A stretch of 64,000 nucleotides of DNA from an uncultured bacterium (GCA_963727255.1 CAVSFC010000002.1:352001-416000); one strand, 5' to 3'. Positions 51,363-61,495 are shown, counted from the first letter of the stretch. The notes: generated from the letters alone by a model not told the origin. Numbers and translations are program-made.

Positions 51363-53934
51363 ATGATAGCACGTATTTTAGCCATAATTCTGGGCACCAA
51401 TAATGCGCGCCAATTGCGCAAAATTCAGCCCATTGTTGATAAGATTAATGCTCTTGAGCCAGCCATTAGCGCTTTGAGTGATGAATCACTTGCAAGCAAA
51501 ACAATTGAATTTAAAGAGCAGCTTGGCCAAAGGCCAAACGCTTGATGATATTTTGCCTGAAGCATTTGCGGTTGTGCGTGAAGCATCAAAACGTAAAATT
51601 GGGCCAGCGCCATTATGATGTGCAGCTGATTGGTGGAATTGTGCTTGCATCAAGGAAAAATTTCTGAAATGAAAACCGGTGAAGGTAAAACACTCACCGC
51701 AACCTTGCCGCTCTATTTAAATGCACTTGCCGGGCAAAGGCGCTCATCTGGTAACCGTAAACGATTATTTGGCTCGCCGTGATGCTGAATGGATGGCCCC
51801 GATCTTTACTTTCCTTGGTTTAACAGTTGGTTGTTTGCAAAATCATATGCATGATCATGAGCGCAAAAAGCAATATGCATGCGATATTCTATATGCGACC
51901 AATAATGAACTTGGCTTTGATTATTTGCGCGATAATATGAAATTCCGCTTGAAGATTATGTGCAGCGCGAGCTTTACTTATGCAATTGTGGATGAAGTTG
52001 ACTCGATTTTGATCGATGAAGCGCGAACACCGCTTATTATTTCCGGCTCCTCGGATGAAAGCAGTCAATTATATGTAACTGCTGATAAAGTGGTGCGCCG
52101 ACTGGCAAAAAGTGAAGATTATGAAGTTGATGAAAAGCAACGCAGTGTGCAGCTGACTGAAAGCGGCAATGATAAAGTTGAAAAAGCACTTGAAGTTCCA
52201 AATCTTTATGCGGTTGAAAATCTTAATTTATTGCATCATGTTAATCAGGCATTGCGCGCGCATGCATTATTTAAGCGCGATGTTGATTATGTGGTTAAAG
52301 ATGGTGAAGTGCTTATTGTTGATGAATTTACCGGCCGTATTTTGCCCGGCCGCCGTTATAGCGATGGATTGCACCAAGCACTAGAAGCAAAAGAAGGCGT
52401 TGAGATTGAACAAGAAACGCCAAACACTTGCTTCCATCACCTTGCAAAATTATTTTAGACTATATAAAAAACTTGCTGGTATGACCGGTACGGCAGCAAC
52501 TGAAGCGGAAGAATTTTATAAAATTTATAAACTTGATGTTGTTTCTATTCCAACCAATAAGACAGATGATTCGTGATGATAAAGCCGGATCTTATTTTCC
52601 TAACTAAAAATGCAAAATATAAAGCGATTGTTGAAGATGTTAAAGAGCGCCATGAAAAAGGGCCAGCCGGTACTTATTGGTACCATTGCGATTGAAACAT
52701 CAGAATTATTAAGCGATGTTTTAACTGCAAATGGTATTCCGCATGATGTGCTTAATGCAAAACATCATCAGCGCGAAGCAGAAATTGTGGAGCATGCGGG
52801 TGAACCGGGCAGAGTTACCATTGCAACCAATATGGCCGGCCGTGGTACTGATATTAAATTAACTCCTGAATCAGTCAAAGCGGGTGGTTTATATATTTTG
52901 GGCACTGAGCGCCATGAAAGCCGACGTATTGATAATCAGTTGCGTGGACGTTCAGGCCGTCAAGGCGATCCGGGCGAATCTCGTTTTTATATTTCACTTG
53001 AAGATGATCTTATTCGTATTTTTGCGGGCGAAAATCTCAAGAAAAATATGGAACGTTTTGGCATGAAAGAAGATGAGATTATTGAATCTCCTTTTATTTC
53101 AAAAACTATTGAACGCGCGCAAGAACAGGTTGAAAAACAAAACTTTGAAATTCGTAAACATCTTGCTTGAATATGATGATGTTTTAAATCAGCAACGTAT
53201 TGTGGTTTATCGTATTCGCCGCGATGTTCTTGAAGGCGAGCGAGCATATTTTTGAACTGGTGCGTGATATGATTCTCAAGACTGATTGAAGATGTGGTTG
53301 CGCGCCATTGCCCGAGCCGTTCAATTAATGCTGAACAAATTCAAGCAATTATTAATGAAGTTGCAGCAACTGACGCGGTTCAAAGCCAGCTGATTTTGAA
53401 GCTGCAAACTTTAAGCACAAGCAATCGCGATGATTTTGAAACTGATTTAAGCAAATTTGTGCTTGAGAGATATGAACATATATCGTCAGCGCCAAAATCA
53501 AGAAATTATTCAAAATGCAGAAAAATGGCTCATGCTTGAAACAATTGATCAGGCATGGAAGCAGCATATGCTTAATCTTGATCATTTAAAAGAAGGCATC
53601 AGTTTGCGTCAGCTATGGCCAAAAGAATCCGCTCATTGAATATAAGCGTGAAGCATTTGCGATGTTCCAAGAAATGATGCAAGATATCCAGCGCATGACG
53701 GTGCATCATATTTTCCATCTGAATACTGAGCGCTTTGATCAGCATGAACTTGAGAAGAAGCGTGAACGTGAACTTGATCAAATTAATTTGCTTTCCGGCC
53801 ATGGAAGTGCCGAAGGCGATGGCAGTTCAGCTCCTCGCGAGCAGGCTCGCGCTGAAAATACTACCGGGCGTAATGAGCTTTGCCCATGCGGTTCCGGCAA
53901 GAAATTCAAAAAATGCCATGGTGCTGGAAAATAA
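51363..53934 (+). CDS. secA: Preprotein translocase ATPase SecA (many frameshifts)
   Basis: [79 protein letters not shown]. Confidence 0.96.
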
Positions 53935-53975
53935 TTTTCGATTAAATATAAAATATAAACATCAAAGGACAATTC

Positions 53976-54404
53976 ATGCAAAAACAATTATGGCTCTCAT
54001 TACTTATTGTTGCTAATAGCTTTTCAATGGAAGATCCTAATAGAATTTATTTTGTGTATCCAGCGCTTGACGCAGCTTCTAAAAATCCAGAACAATTGCG
54101 CACAATGATTGAACAAGGGTGCCCATTTATATTTCCAAATGAAGTTATCAGTGCCCAACCAATCTATGCAGCTTTTCATTCCTTAAATAGCGAATCTGTA
54201 GAAATTCTGCTGGAATCAGGTGTTAAGCTCGATCAAAGGTATAAAGGAATTCTTGATCATTGTAATGAATTTATTACCTTAGAGGATGCCTTTAAAAAAA
54301 ATTTCTTAACGAACAATCTTGATTTATCGAAGTCTCGCGAACTTTTAAAAAAATATCTGGATCAACATAAAAATAAATCTGATTCCGCAAAGACAAATTC
54401 GTAG
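53976..54404 (+). CDS. Exported hypothetical protein, paralog of 54413-54889
   Basis: Shared PFIFPN..I..QPI..AF...SxExLLExGVxLDQxYK. Confidence 0.72.
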   Translation: MQKQLWLSLLIVANSFSMEDPNRIYFVYPALDAASKNPEQLRTMIEQGCPFIFPNEVISAQPIYAAFHSLNSESVEILLESGVKLDQRYKGILDHCNEFITLEDAFKKNFLTNNLDLSKSRELLKKYLDQHKNKSDSAKTNS

Positions 54405-54412
54405 GAAAACGC

Positions 54413-54889
54413 ATGCAAAAACAGTTATTAATTCTGATTTTATTTTTTGCTAATGCTTATTCAATGCAAGATGGTATTCAAGATTTATCTGATCAGGAAA
54501 AGCAAGATCTTGTGCATCTAGTATCTTATGCCCTCCCATCGCTATTACCTGAAATCCAAAATTCTATTCAAGTATTATCTGTTGAAGACAAGAAAAATCT
54601 TATGCTTTTAACAGCACTGGAATCACCTGAGTTGTTGCAGGCATTAATCAAGAAAGCAAAATTCCCGTTCATCTTTCCAAATGATGGTATAGGAAGTCAA
54701 CCAATTTGTAATGCGTTTATATCTTGCAACCGTGCATCGATAGAAGTTCTTCTTGAAGCAGGTGTTTCATTGGATCAAAAATATAAAAGTAATCGAAGTG
54801 GTCAACTAGTTACACTAGAAGAAGGGCTCAGTGAAGATGGAAATATATTTTCAGCTTCTATTGCCCTTTTAAGAGAATATATTAATTAA
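54413..54889 (+). CDS. Exported hypothetical protein, paralog of 53976-54404
   Basis: MQKQL signal peptide ending AYS-MQD; shared ankyrin-like remnant. Confidence 0.72.
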   Translation: MQKQLLILILFFANAYSMQDGIQDLSDQEKQDLVHLVSYALPSLLPEIQNSIQVLSVEDKKNLMLLTALESPELLQALIKKAKFPFIFPNDGIGSQPICNAFISCNRASIEVLLEAGVSLDQKYKSNRSGQLVTLEEGLSEDGNIFSASIALLREYIN

Positions 54890-54946
54890 GAAGAAGAAGG
54901 GCAATGCATAAGCATAAAAGCTATTGCTGCTTCAGAATCTTTTTTG

Positions 54947-55462
54947 CTACTTTTTCTCAGCCAATTTTTTTTTGAGTTCTGCTATTTCTTTTTCATATTT
55001 TTGTTGGATTTCTCTCATTGCTCTTTTTTGTTCCATTTCGGTCTGATGCATTTGGAGAATTTCTTTTTCATCTAATTCTTTCTGCTTTTTAAGATGTTCA
55101 AATTCTTTATCATTGCGATGTTTATAAAATTCTTCCATTTGTCCCAGCTGAAATTGTTCAAGTTTTCGTAATCGCATTACGTCTTCTGCTTTTTCTTTGT
55201 GCTCTTTATGTAATCCTGCAAGCTTTTTAGCTTCAGCATCTTTTTGCTGCGCCTTGGCCAATTCTGCAGAGAGTTCTTGCGCATAAGAGCGGCGGCCACC
55301 TTGTTCAATCTGTTTTAAATAGGTTTGCGCATCATCAAATTTTTTTGCGTTGAGTGCTTGATCAAATTGAGTTTTTACTTTTTGAAGTTGTACTGGTGAA
55401 AGTTGCTGGGCATGAATGGTTTGCATGATGCATATAAGTGCGATCAGTGTTATTTTTTTCAT
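54947..55462 (-). CDS. Exported coiled-coil protein
   Basis: AGGAG RBS before MKKITLIAL; K/E/Q-rich. Confidence 0.72.
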   Translation of the reverse strand: MKKITLIALICIMQTIHAQQLSPVQLQKVKTQFDQALNAKKFDDAQTYLKQIEQGGRRSYAQELSAELAKAQQKDAEAKKLAGLHKEHKEKAEDVMRLRKLEQFQLGQMEEFYKHRNDKEFEHLKKQKELDEKEILQMHQTEMEQKRAMREIQQKYEKEIAELKKKLAEKK

Positions 55463-55483
55463 AATGACTCCTATATTTTTGTG

Positions 55484-55617
55484 TGGTTCGATACAATTGC
55501 TTCGCAATTACTCATCACCATTTCTCGACTCGCATATTGCTCGCGCGAAACGAACGGTTTTCTAAATTCATTTTTCATTTGCATCCTGAAGAGAGCCAAA
55601 GGCGCATCACGAAGGGT
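55484..55617. repeat. Cluster of three family I palindromic elements
   Basis: tggttcgatacaattgcttcgcaattactcatcacca; ttctcgactcgcatattgctcgcgcgaaacgaacgg; catcctgaagagagccaaaggcgcatcacgaaggg. Confidence 0.7.
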
Positions 55618-57284
55618 TAAAAAGCAATTCCAAATTTGCCCCAGGCCATCCAGCGATTTAAGCCAACATTATCGGGTGGAAATTCATATGATCCGCCAAT
55701 TGCGATGAACATTGGATAATTGCAACTGCTATTCCACTGGTATGCCAGTGATCCATAAACTGTGTGCGTAAGAGTTGCTGGATGTGACGCTGATTCAAGA
55801 TCGAGATCAGCCTCGGTGATAATATTATCAGCATAATCAGCGATTGGAGAACCAGTGCAATTATTCCCGAAATCATTGTTTATTAGTTGGAATGGAGCCG
55901 TTGCTCCACCGCCAACTGCAATTGCCTTCAGCGCTGCTCCCGTTGGGAATGGGCAGGCAAGTCTTAAGCATTCCGCTTGACGTGCAAAGAAATTATAGCC
56001 AACTTCAAGCTCGTAGCAGGTGGTATCCAGTATAAATGCAGCATTAAAAGTGCGATAGTAGCCCGGCTTTACTTTAAGATCTTGCGTAAGTATATCAATG
56101 CCGGGAGTATGCAAAATAAGTGCATATTGCGGATCACTGATTATTGTATCGGCAGCAAATTGCGCTTGTGCTTGGCTCACATAAAATTGCATATAACGGC
56201 TCCAGGGCTTATATTTTAAATCAAATGAGCGCCGTTCTTTGCGTTCAAAGAAATCGCTGATGCTAAAATCAAATTCTCCCGATACTATTATATCTCCACA
56301 ATCGTTATGCCAAATTTCGAGTCCAAATGTGCTGCCTAAAACAAATCCCCAGTGATGGTTGTGGCCAACTATCGGTTCAAAAACATTTACTCCTTTGGGA
56401 GTATTGCCCCCGGGAATTATAACTCCGAAAAATGAATCGAGATGCACATCATCACGGTTGACCGTTTCATAGCCAAGGCGTATGGTTACATCCCCAACCC
56501 TAGTTATCTTTTGGCAATTTTTCTGACATGTATTACCAATCCCGCCATTATCAATTCTGCCAAAACACCATCCGGGTTGGCTAAATGCTGCAACAACAGA
56601 TCCGACCGGCTGTAATGCTTGCCCCGGATCGAGTGTGCAATCAGTATCATTGCATGGATTGGGGCAGGTGGCAGGGCATGAAGGAACTACCGGCGTTACT
56701 GCAGGGCTATTGAGCGGCCCTCCGCCATCATTCTGTATTGTTTCTACAAGTTTAATATGATTGTGCACTCGTAATATGGGGCCTGAGATGCTGATCCATA
56801 CTCCATGGCCATTACAACGCTCATAGATGCGCTGCTGATAATTAATCCCAACACCGATATAACTATGCATCGGTTTAAATTCTACAGTACTTTCAAATGT
56901 GCCGTTCTTGGTATAAATATTTAGATAATTAGCAAGGACCTCGGTTCCGGGTAACCCTTGTTCGCTTACCATTATTGTATTACCGCAGAAAGGCAAGAAG
57001 AAGCGGGCGATGGCATCATCATGAGTTGATTTGCCGCCCAGAACTGTTGCTTGAATAGTTGACCCCCAACCATTTGCAACCGATTTATAAAAATCACGAT
57101 TATGGGCTAAATATTCCGGTGAATTGATCGTAAATACTGGGCGAATTGAAAAAAACGTTTGGCTGGTAGCCCGGCAGTTGCAGGTAGATTGCTCGCAGCT
57201 GGTTTGCGGGCAGTTTATACATTCACCTAGAAGCGATGAGCCTGAGCCGCTGATGAGCATGCCTATGAGTAATAATTTTTTCAT
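55617..57284 (-). CDS. Cysteine-rich outer-membrane protein (putative beta-barrel)
   Basis: Signal peptide; Cys clusters (CINCPQTSCEQSTCNC, CPATCPNPCNDTDC); C-terminal WGKFGIAF beta-signal. Confidence 0.65.
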   Translation of the reverse strand: MKKLLLIGMLISGSGSSLLGECINCPQTSCEQSTCNCRATSQTFFSIRPVFTINSPEYLAHNRDFYKSVANGWGSTIQATVLGGKSTHDDAIARFFLPFCGNTIMVSEQGLPGTEVLANYLNIYTKNGTFESTVEFKPMHSYIGVGINYQQRIYERCNGHGVWISISGPILRVHNHIKLVETIQNDGGGPLNSPAVTPVVPSCPATCPNPCNDTDCTLDPGQALQPVGSVVAAFSQPGWCFGRIDNGGIGNTCQKNCQKITRVGDVTIRLGYETVNRDDVHLDSFFGVIIPGGNTPKGVNVFEPIVGHNHHWGFVLGSTFGLEIWHNDCGDIIVSGEFDFSISDFFERKERRSFDLKYKPWSRYMQFYVSQAQAQFAADTIISDPQYALILHTPGIDILTQDLKVKPGYYRTFNAAFILDTTCYELEVGYNFFARQAECLRLACPFPTGAALKAIAVGGGATAPFQLINNDFGNNCTGSPIADYADNIITEADLDLESASHPATLTHTVYGSLAYQWNSSCNYPMFIAIGGSYEFPPDNVGLNRWMAWGKFGIAF

Positions 57285-57441
57285 GGGGATTCCCCTTTCA
57301 ATGGATAAGAAGTCTATTTAGGTTCCTATCAGGTATTGGGTTAAGGTGTCAATGGATTGCTCCATTCATAGTAGGTAGGAAAAAAATTAAATTTGTGCAA
57401 TATTTGTATATTGTATAAAACTGCATAAATTATATGTGCTC

Positions 57442-57696
57442 GCACCCTTCGACAAGCTCAGGGCGAGCGGGTAGTCTCACATGGCGAGTGTTCTTAGATA
57501 AACCCATGATGATTTATATTCATGATGCGCCTGTCGAAGTACAAACCAATGGGCTGATCTTTCGAGCCTACTTCGCCGAAGTATGCAGCGAAGATCATTG
57601 AGTTGGCCGAAGATGCTACGGAGGCTGGATATGCTTAAGGCTACCTAGATGTAAAATTAGCCGCGCGTGGTGAGCTTGTCGAACCATTCGGGCGGC
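57442..57696. repeat. Cluster of family I and II palindromic elements upstream of hisS
   Basis: cccttcgacaagctcagggcgagcggg; gagcctacttcgccgaag...gctacggaggctgg; ccgcgcgtggtgagcttgtcgaacca. Confidence 0.8.
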
Positions 57697-57722
57697 ATTC
57701 GTAAATACCTTAAAGGTTTTTC

Positions 57723-58976
57723 ATGTTGCGCGTAAAAGGCACTAATGATTTTCTAGATCTCACACTTTACAATTTTGTAATCGAGCAGATTCGCAAACAT
57801 CTGGGAATCTATTGTTTTAATCAAATAGAAACTCCAATTTTGGAACACACGGAACTTTTCAAGCGCACTCTCGGGCTGCATACGGATGTGGTGAATAAAG
57901 AGATGTTTTTGATTAAGCCGCATGCGCGAACTCATCATGAGGCTTTCGAAGGAGAAGAAAGCGAAGGAGAGCAATTATGCCTGCGTCCGGAAATTACCGC
58001 GTCAATGGTACGCGCATTTGTGGATAATGGTATTCAGATAACCCCATGGAAAGTTTTTACCATCGGCCCGTGTTTCCGCTATGAGCGTCCGCAGAAAGGC
58101 CGATTCCGAGAGTTCCATCAAGTAAGCATGGAAGTGATTGGATCAGCGCCCGTTGCGCAAGATGTTCAAATGATTAAAATGCTCGATCGATTGTTCCATG
58201 AAACCTTGAAATTTAATAATTATGCATTGCTCATAAATTATTTAGGATGTCCAGCCGATCGAGCAGTATATAAAGAAAAATTAAAAAAATTTCTCGATGC
58301 GCAAACCGGTCTTTGCTCCGATTGCATGGTGCGCAAAGAAAAAAATATAATGCGGGTTTTTGATTGTAAGGTTGAAGCAGATCAAAAGATCTATCAAAAT
58401 GCGCCCCATATTATTGATTACCTGTGTAAAACATGCCAGGAAGAGTGGCAAACATTGCAGCATGATCTTGAATTGCTTTCCGTAACGTTTGTAGTACAGC
58501 CTAAGCTGGTACGCGGATTGGATTATTATAATAAGACCGTATTTGAATTTGTGAGCGGCGCTCTTGGAGCACAGAATACTTTTTGTGGGGGCGGCCGCTA
58601 TGATCAATTAGTAACCCAAATTGGTGGCAAAACGGATCAGCAATCGATAGGTGCTGCCATTGGTATTGAACGGTTGCTTTTACTTCTTGAGCCATTCAAG
58701 GATTCATTGGCGTTGCCGCATCCACCCAAATTACATGCAATCTTGCCCTTGGCCCTCGAGCAACAAATGCTTGCACTTTTGCTCGCAGATGAATTGCAAG
58801 CGGTCGGATTATGCGCTGAGGTTTTGCTCGAAGGCGCATCCATTAAAAGTATGATGAATCGTGCTAATAAGCTTGGAGCTGCATATGCGCTCATTCTCGG
58901 CGCTGATGAGCAGCAAAAAAATCAGGTGACAGTAAAAAATATGATTACGGGAGCCCAAGAAACTATCCCCCAGTAA
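57723..58976 (+). CDS. hisS: Histidyl-tRNA synthetase
   Basis: RVKGTNDF, LRPEITAS, FRYERPQKGRFREFHQ, LVRGLDYY, GGGRYD, AIGIERL. Confidence 0.97.
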   Translation: MLRVKGTNDFLDLTLYNFVIEQIRKHLGIYCFNQIETPILEHTELFKRTLGLHTDVVNKEMFLIKPHARTHHEAFEGEESEGEQLCLRPEITASMVRAFVDNGIQITPWKVFTIGPCFRYERPQKGRFREFHQVSMEVIGSAPVAQDVQMIKMLDRLFHETLKFNNYALLINYLGCPADRAVYKEKLKKFLDAQTGLCSDCMVRKEKNIMRVFDCKVEADQKIYQNAPHIIDYLCKTCQEEWQTLQHDLELLSVTFVVQPKLVRGLDYYNKTVFEFVSGALGAQNTFCGGGRYDQLVTQIGGKTDQQSIGAAIGIERLLLLLEPFKDSLALPHPPKLHAILPLALEQQMLALLLADELQAVGLCAEVLLEGASIKSMMNRANKLGAAYALILGADEQQKNQVTVKNMITGAQETIPQ

Positions 58977-59028
58977 TGTTGCTATTTACAGCTCAAATGG
59001 TCGCTTATTTACAAAAATAGTTCTGAAA

Positions 59029-59805
59029 TTATAAAATTGCGCAACGCAAACAAATTTGTTTTGCTTTTTGTTTTCTGCGCTCTCGATCGAGTATCAGGAT
59101 ATTTGCCGCTTTGTCAGAAGAGTTATTGAGTGCGACCGTTAAGGCTATTTTGTCTTCACGGTTAACTCTTTGCGGATCGATAAATGGATGCTTTAATAAA
59201 CGTTTAACGAGTGCATCATGATTTTTTTTGGCAGCGATTATAAGGGGAGTTTCCCCGTTTTGACCCGCAACATTCGGGTCAGTCAGCGCATGTTTAAGCA
59301 AAACTTCAGCCATTTTTAAATCGTTTTTTTCTGCAGCACGGCATAATGCAGTAGTTTGAAAATTTAATCCGATTTCTGGATACTCATCTCCATATATTGT
59401 ATTAGGATCTGCGCCCCAATCGATCGCTTTTTGAATAATAGGTAGTATGCGATACCGCACTGCAGCTTGAAAGATCGGCAATAAGTTATTTTCATCGTAA
59501 AAATAATTATCAAATTCTTTACATTTATTTTTGGTATTAAGAATTAGAGCACTTTTTATCAAATCTGGTGAGATGCATTTGTGTATGAGATCAGAGTCGC
59601 AGATACAATAAAAATATTTTGAGACCCCTTTCATTTTTTTAATCTCATCATAATTTTTTATTCCTGATTTTTCTGTAATAATTAAATCAGGAATAATTTG
59701 CATCCAGAGCTCGATGGGCAATTGGGTATAATCAGGGATACCTGTATTCTCCATAGCATAAAGAATCTGAGATACAAAGATGAGTATATATATTATTTTT
59801 TTCAT
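59029..59805 (-). CDS. Exported F-box plus ankyrin-repeat protein with C-terminal CaaX (CAIL)
   Basis: QLPIELWMQIIPDL F-box-like; TTALCRAA, GETPLIIAA ankyrins; RERRKQKAKQICLRCAIL. Confidence 0.8.
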   Translation of the reverse strand: MKKIIYILIFVSQILYAMENTGIPDYTQLPIELWMQIIPDLIITEKSGIKNYDEIKKMKGVSKYFYCICDSDLIHKCISPDLIKSALILNTKNKCKEFDNYFYDENNLLPIFQAAVRYRILPIIQKAIDWGADPNTIYGDEYPEIGLNFQTTALCRAAEKNDLKMAEVLLKHALTDPNVAGQNGETPLIIAAKKNHDALVKRLLKHPFIDPQRVNREDKIALTVALNNSSDKAANILILDRERRKQKAKQICLRCAIL

Positions 59806-59831
59806 ACTATGCCTGTAATTTATAAAAATTT

Positions 59832-60698
59832 TTAGCTCATTTTCTTTCTTTTCTTGTTTCGATTATTAATCGTTTGGACGTATGTGAGTAGCTTGCTGCT
59901 TATAAGTTTAATTGGTGTATGTGTGTCTATTGTATTATTAACAGAATCAATAACGTAAAGCATAACTTCCTTATTTTCATTGCTGATCATTGACGCTAAA
60001 AAAAAATGGCTTGGATAGTGGCAAGCAAAGTGGACCACTGCAAATGGTTCATTCAATTTTTCAAGTTGATAGATAAGTTCAGGGGAATTATCTATCTGCT
60101 TGCTACACGCTTCAATAGGCAGCTTTCTAGCCCCGCAATCTTTTATGAAATCTGATGAATAGACCAAGGGATTATCAGGGTGAGCTGCTTGATCATATAA
60201 TACGGTTATTGTTTTATCTTGCTCAAGCATGATTGGTAAAATATTGCCCGCTAATTGGGGTAATTTAACAGCGCAGATTCCTGGGATATGAGATACGTCT
60301 ATTCCATGCGTTTGATCAAAGGTTGTATCATGAGAGTCTATATAACTTTTAATTTTCGCGTGTATTTGATTAAGCATTCCTACATTGTTGAGTATCTCAT
60401 GCAAACTCTCATGGAGGAAAGCTCCGTTTTTTTTGACTCTTTTTAGTGCTATATCTATGCATCGTGCATGAAAAAACATCCTATGTCCGCAACTAAACTC
60501 ATCAACTTGCTCTGTAAGTGCAATTAATTGTTTAATCGGTTTATCTTCATATGAGCGATGTAATTGTTCAACGGGCGAATCACGCCTGATTTTTTTGTGC
60601 GCGAGCATTAAAGGGGGACGTGATTGCATCCCCATTATTTTTAAACTACTCAGAACAGTAAGAATACAGATTTTTTTAATCGAAAATAAATTTTGCAT
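59832..60698 (-). CDS. Exported putative papain-like cysteine protease with basic C-terminal tail
   Basis: QVDEFSCGH, SHFFLAS, YVIDSVN in Cys-His-Asp order; ends RNKKRKKMS. Confidence 0.5.
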   Translation of the reverse strand: MQNLFSIKKICILTVLSSLKIMGMQSRPPLMLAHKKIRRDSPVEQLHRSYEDKPIKQLIALTEQVDEFSCGHRMFFHARCIDIALKRVKKNGAFLHESLHEILNNVGMLNQIHAKIKSYIDSHDTTFDQTHGIDVSHIPGICAVKLPQLAGNILPIMLEQDKTITVLYDQAAHPDNPLVYSSDFIKDCGARKLPIEACSKQIDNSPELIYQLEKLNEPFAVVHFACHYPSHFFLASMISNENKEVMLYVIDSVNNTIDTHTPIKLISSKLLTYVQTINNRNKKRKKMS

Positions 60699-60811
60699 TG
60701 TTTTATGGTAAATCATGGTTTATGTAAGCTTTTTGGGATGTTCCGAACATACTGTAATATGAATTTCTATCTGTTTGCAAAGAAACATTGCTTATTTGTC
60801 GCAAAGATCTT

Positions 60812-61495
60812 TTAGATATTGAATAATGTTATGAGATAATCCTTAAAAAGATAGAAAAAAAATACGGTAAAAAGAATACCGTCAAAACGATCTAAAAATC
60901 CACCATGGCCAGGAAGCAAGGTGCCAGAATCTTTAATGCCAGCTCTTCGTTTGAGCCAAGATTCAAAAAGATCCCCACTGAGAGAAAGTGTGCAAACAAA
61001 TAATGAGAATAGGGCAATAAACCACCATGAAACTGTTTTGCCGAGCTCCCAGAGAACTAAATAAAGCCCAACCATTGCAAAGATCCACCCGCCCGCAACT
61101 CCTTCCCATGTTTTGCCCGGACTTATGCAGGGCGCTAATTTATGAAATCCCATAGCATTGCCAATAAAATAAGATCCGGTGTCAAAGCTAAAAACAATAA
61201 TAAATAAAACAAAAAGAAGCGCATGATACTGCGGGTTTTGGTTCATCAGAATTAACAATGCAAAAGGCAGAATCGGATAAAATGGCATGATGAGCCAATA
61301 AGAAATTTTGTTGATATTAAAGAAGTTTTTCCATTCAAAAAGAATAATCAAAAGGAGAATGAGGCCGAGTACAAAAGAAAAATAGATGGGGGGAAGGTAT
61401 GCAAAGAGGGTCCAAAATATGATGCCTAATACCAGGCCGGTGATTAAACGTTTAGCGAATTTTGTAAGGCCTTCTTTGGTAAAAAGCGTTACCAT
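60812..61495 (-). CDS. cdsA: Phosphatidate cytidylyltransferase
   Basis: DTGSYFIG, ISPGKTWEG, SGDLFESWLKRRAGIKDSGTLLPGHGGFLDRFD. Confidence 0.95.
   Translation of the reverse strand: MVTLFTKEGLTKFAKRLITGLVLGIIFWTLFAYLPPIYFSFVLGLILLLIILFEWKNFFNINKISYWLIMPFYPILPFALLILMNQNPQYHALLFVLFIIVFSFDTGSYFIGNAMGFHKLAPCISPGKTWEGVAGGWIFAMVGLYLVLWELGKTVSWWFIALFSLFVCTLSLSGDLFESWLKRRAGIKDSGTLLPGHGGFLDRFDGILFTVFFFYLFKDYLITLFNI

Noticed and set aside
51363..53934. Programmed frameshifting, pseudogenisation or an alternative genetic code as the cause of split genes
   Set aside because: Breaks are frame changes at many unrelated sites without shared slippery motifs; TGA, TAA and TAG all terminate intact genes; assembly error is more parsimonious
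57442..57696. Possible CRISPR array or structured ncRNA (RNase P, tmRNA, 6S) in the GC-rich intergenic clusters
   Set aside because: No regularly spaced identical repeats and no cas genes; no RNase P or tmRNA signature seen; the segments are explained by the dispersed palindrome families
57285..57722. T-box riboswitch upstream of hisS, valS or tyrS
   Set aside because: No T-box consensus (GGTGGxACCGCG) found upstream of any of them
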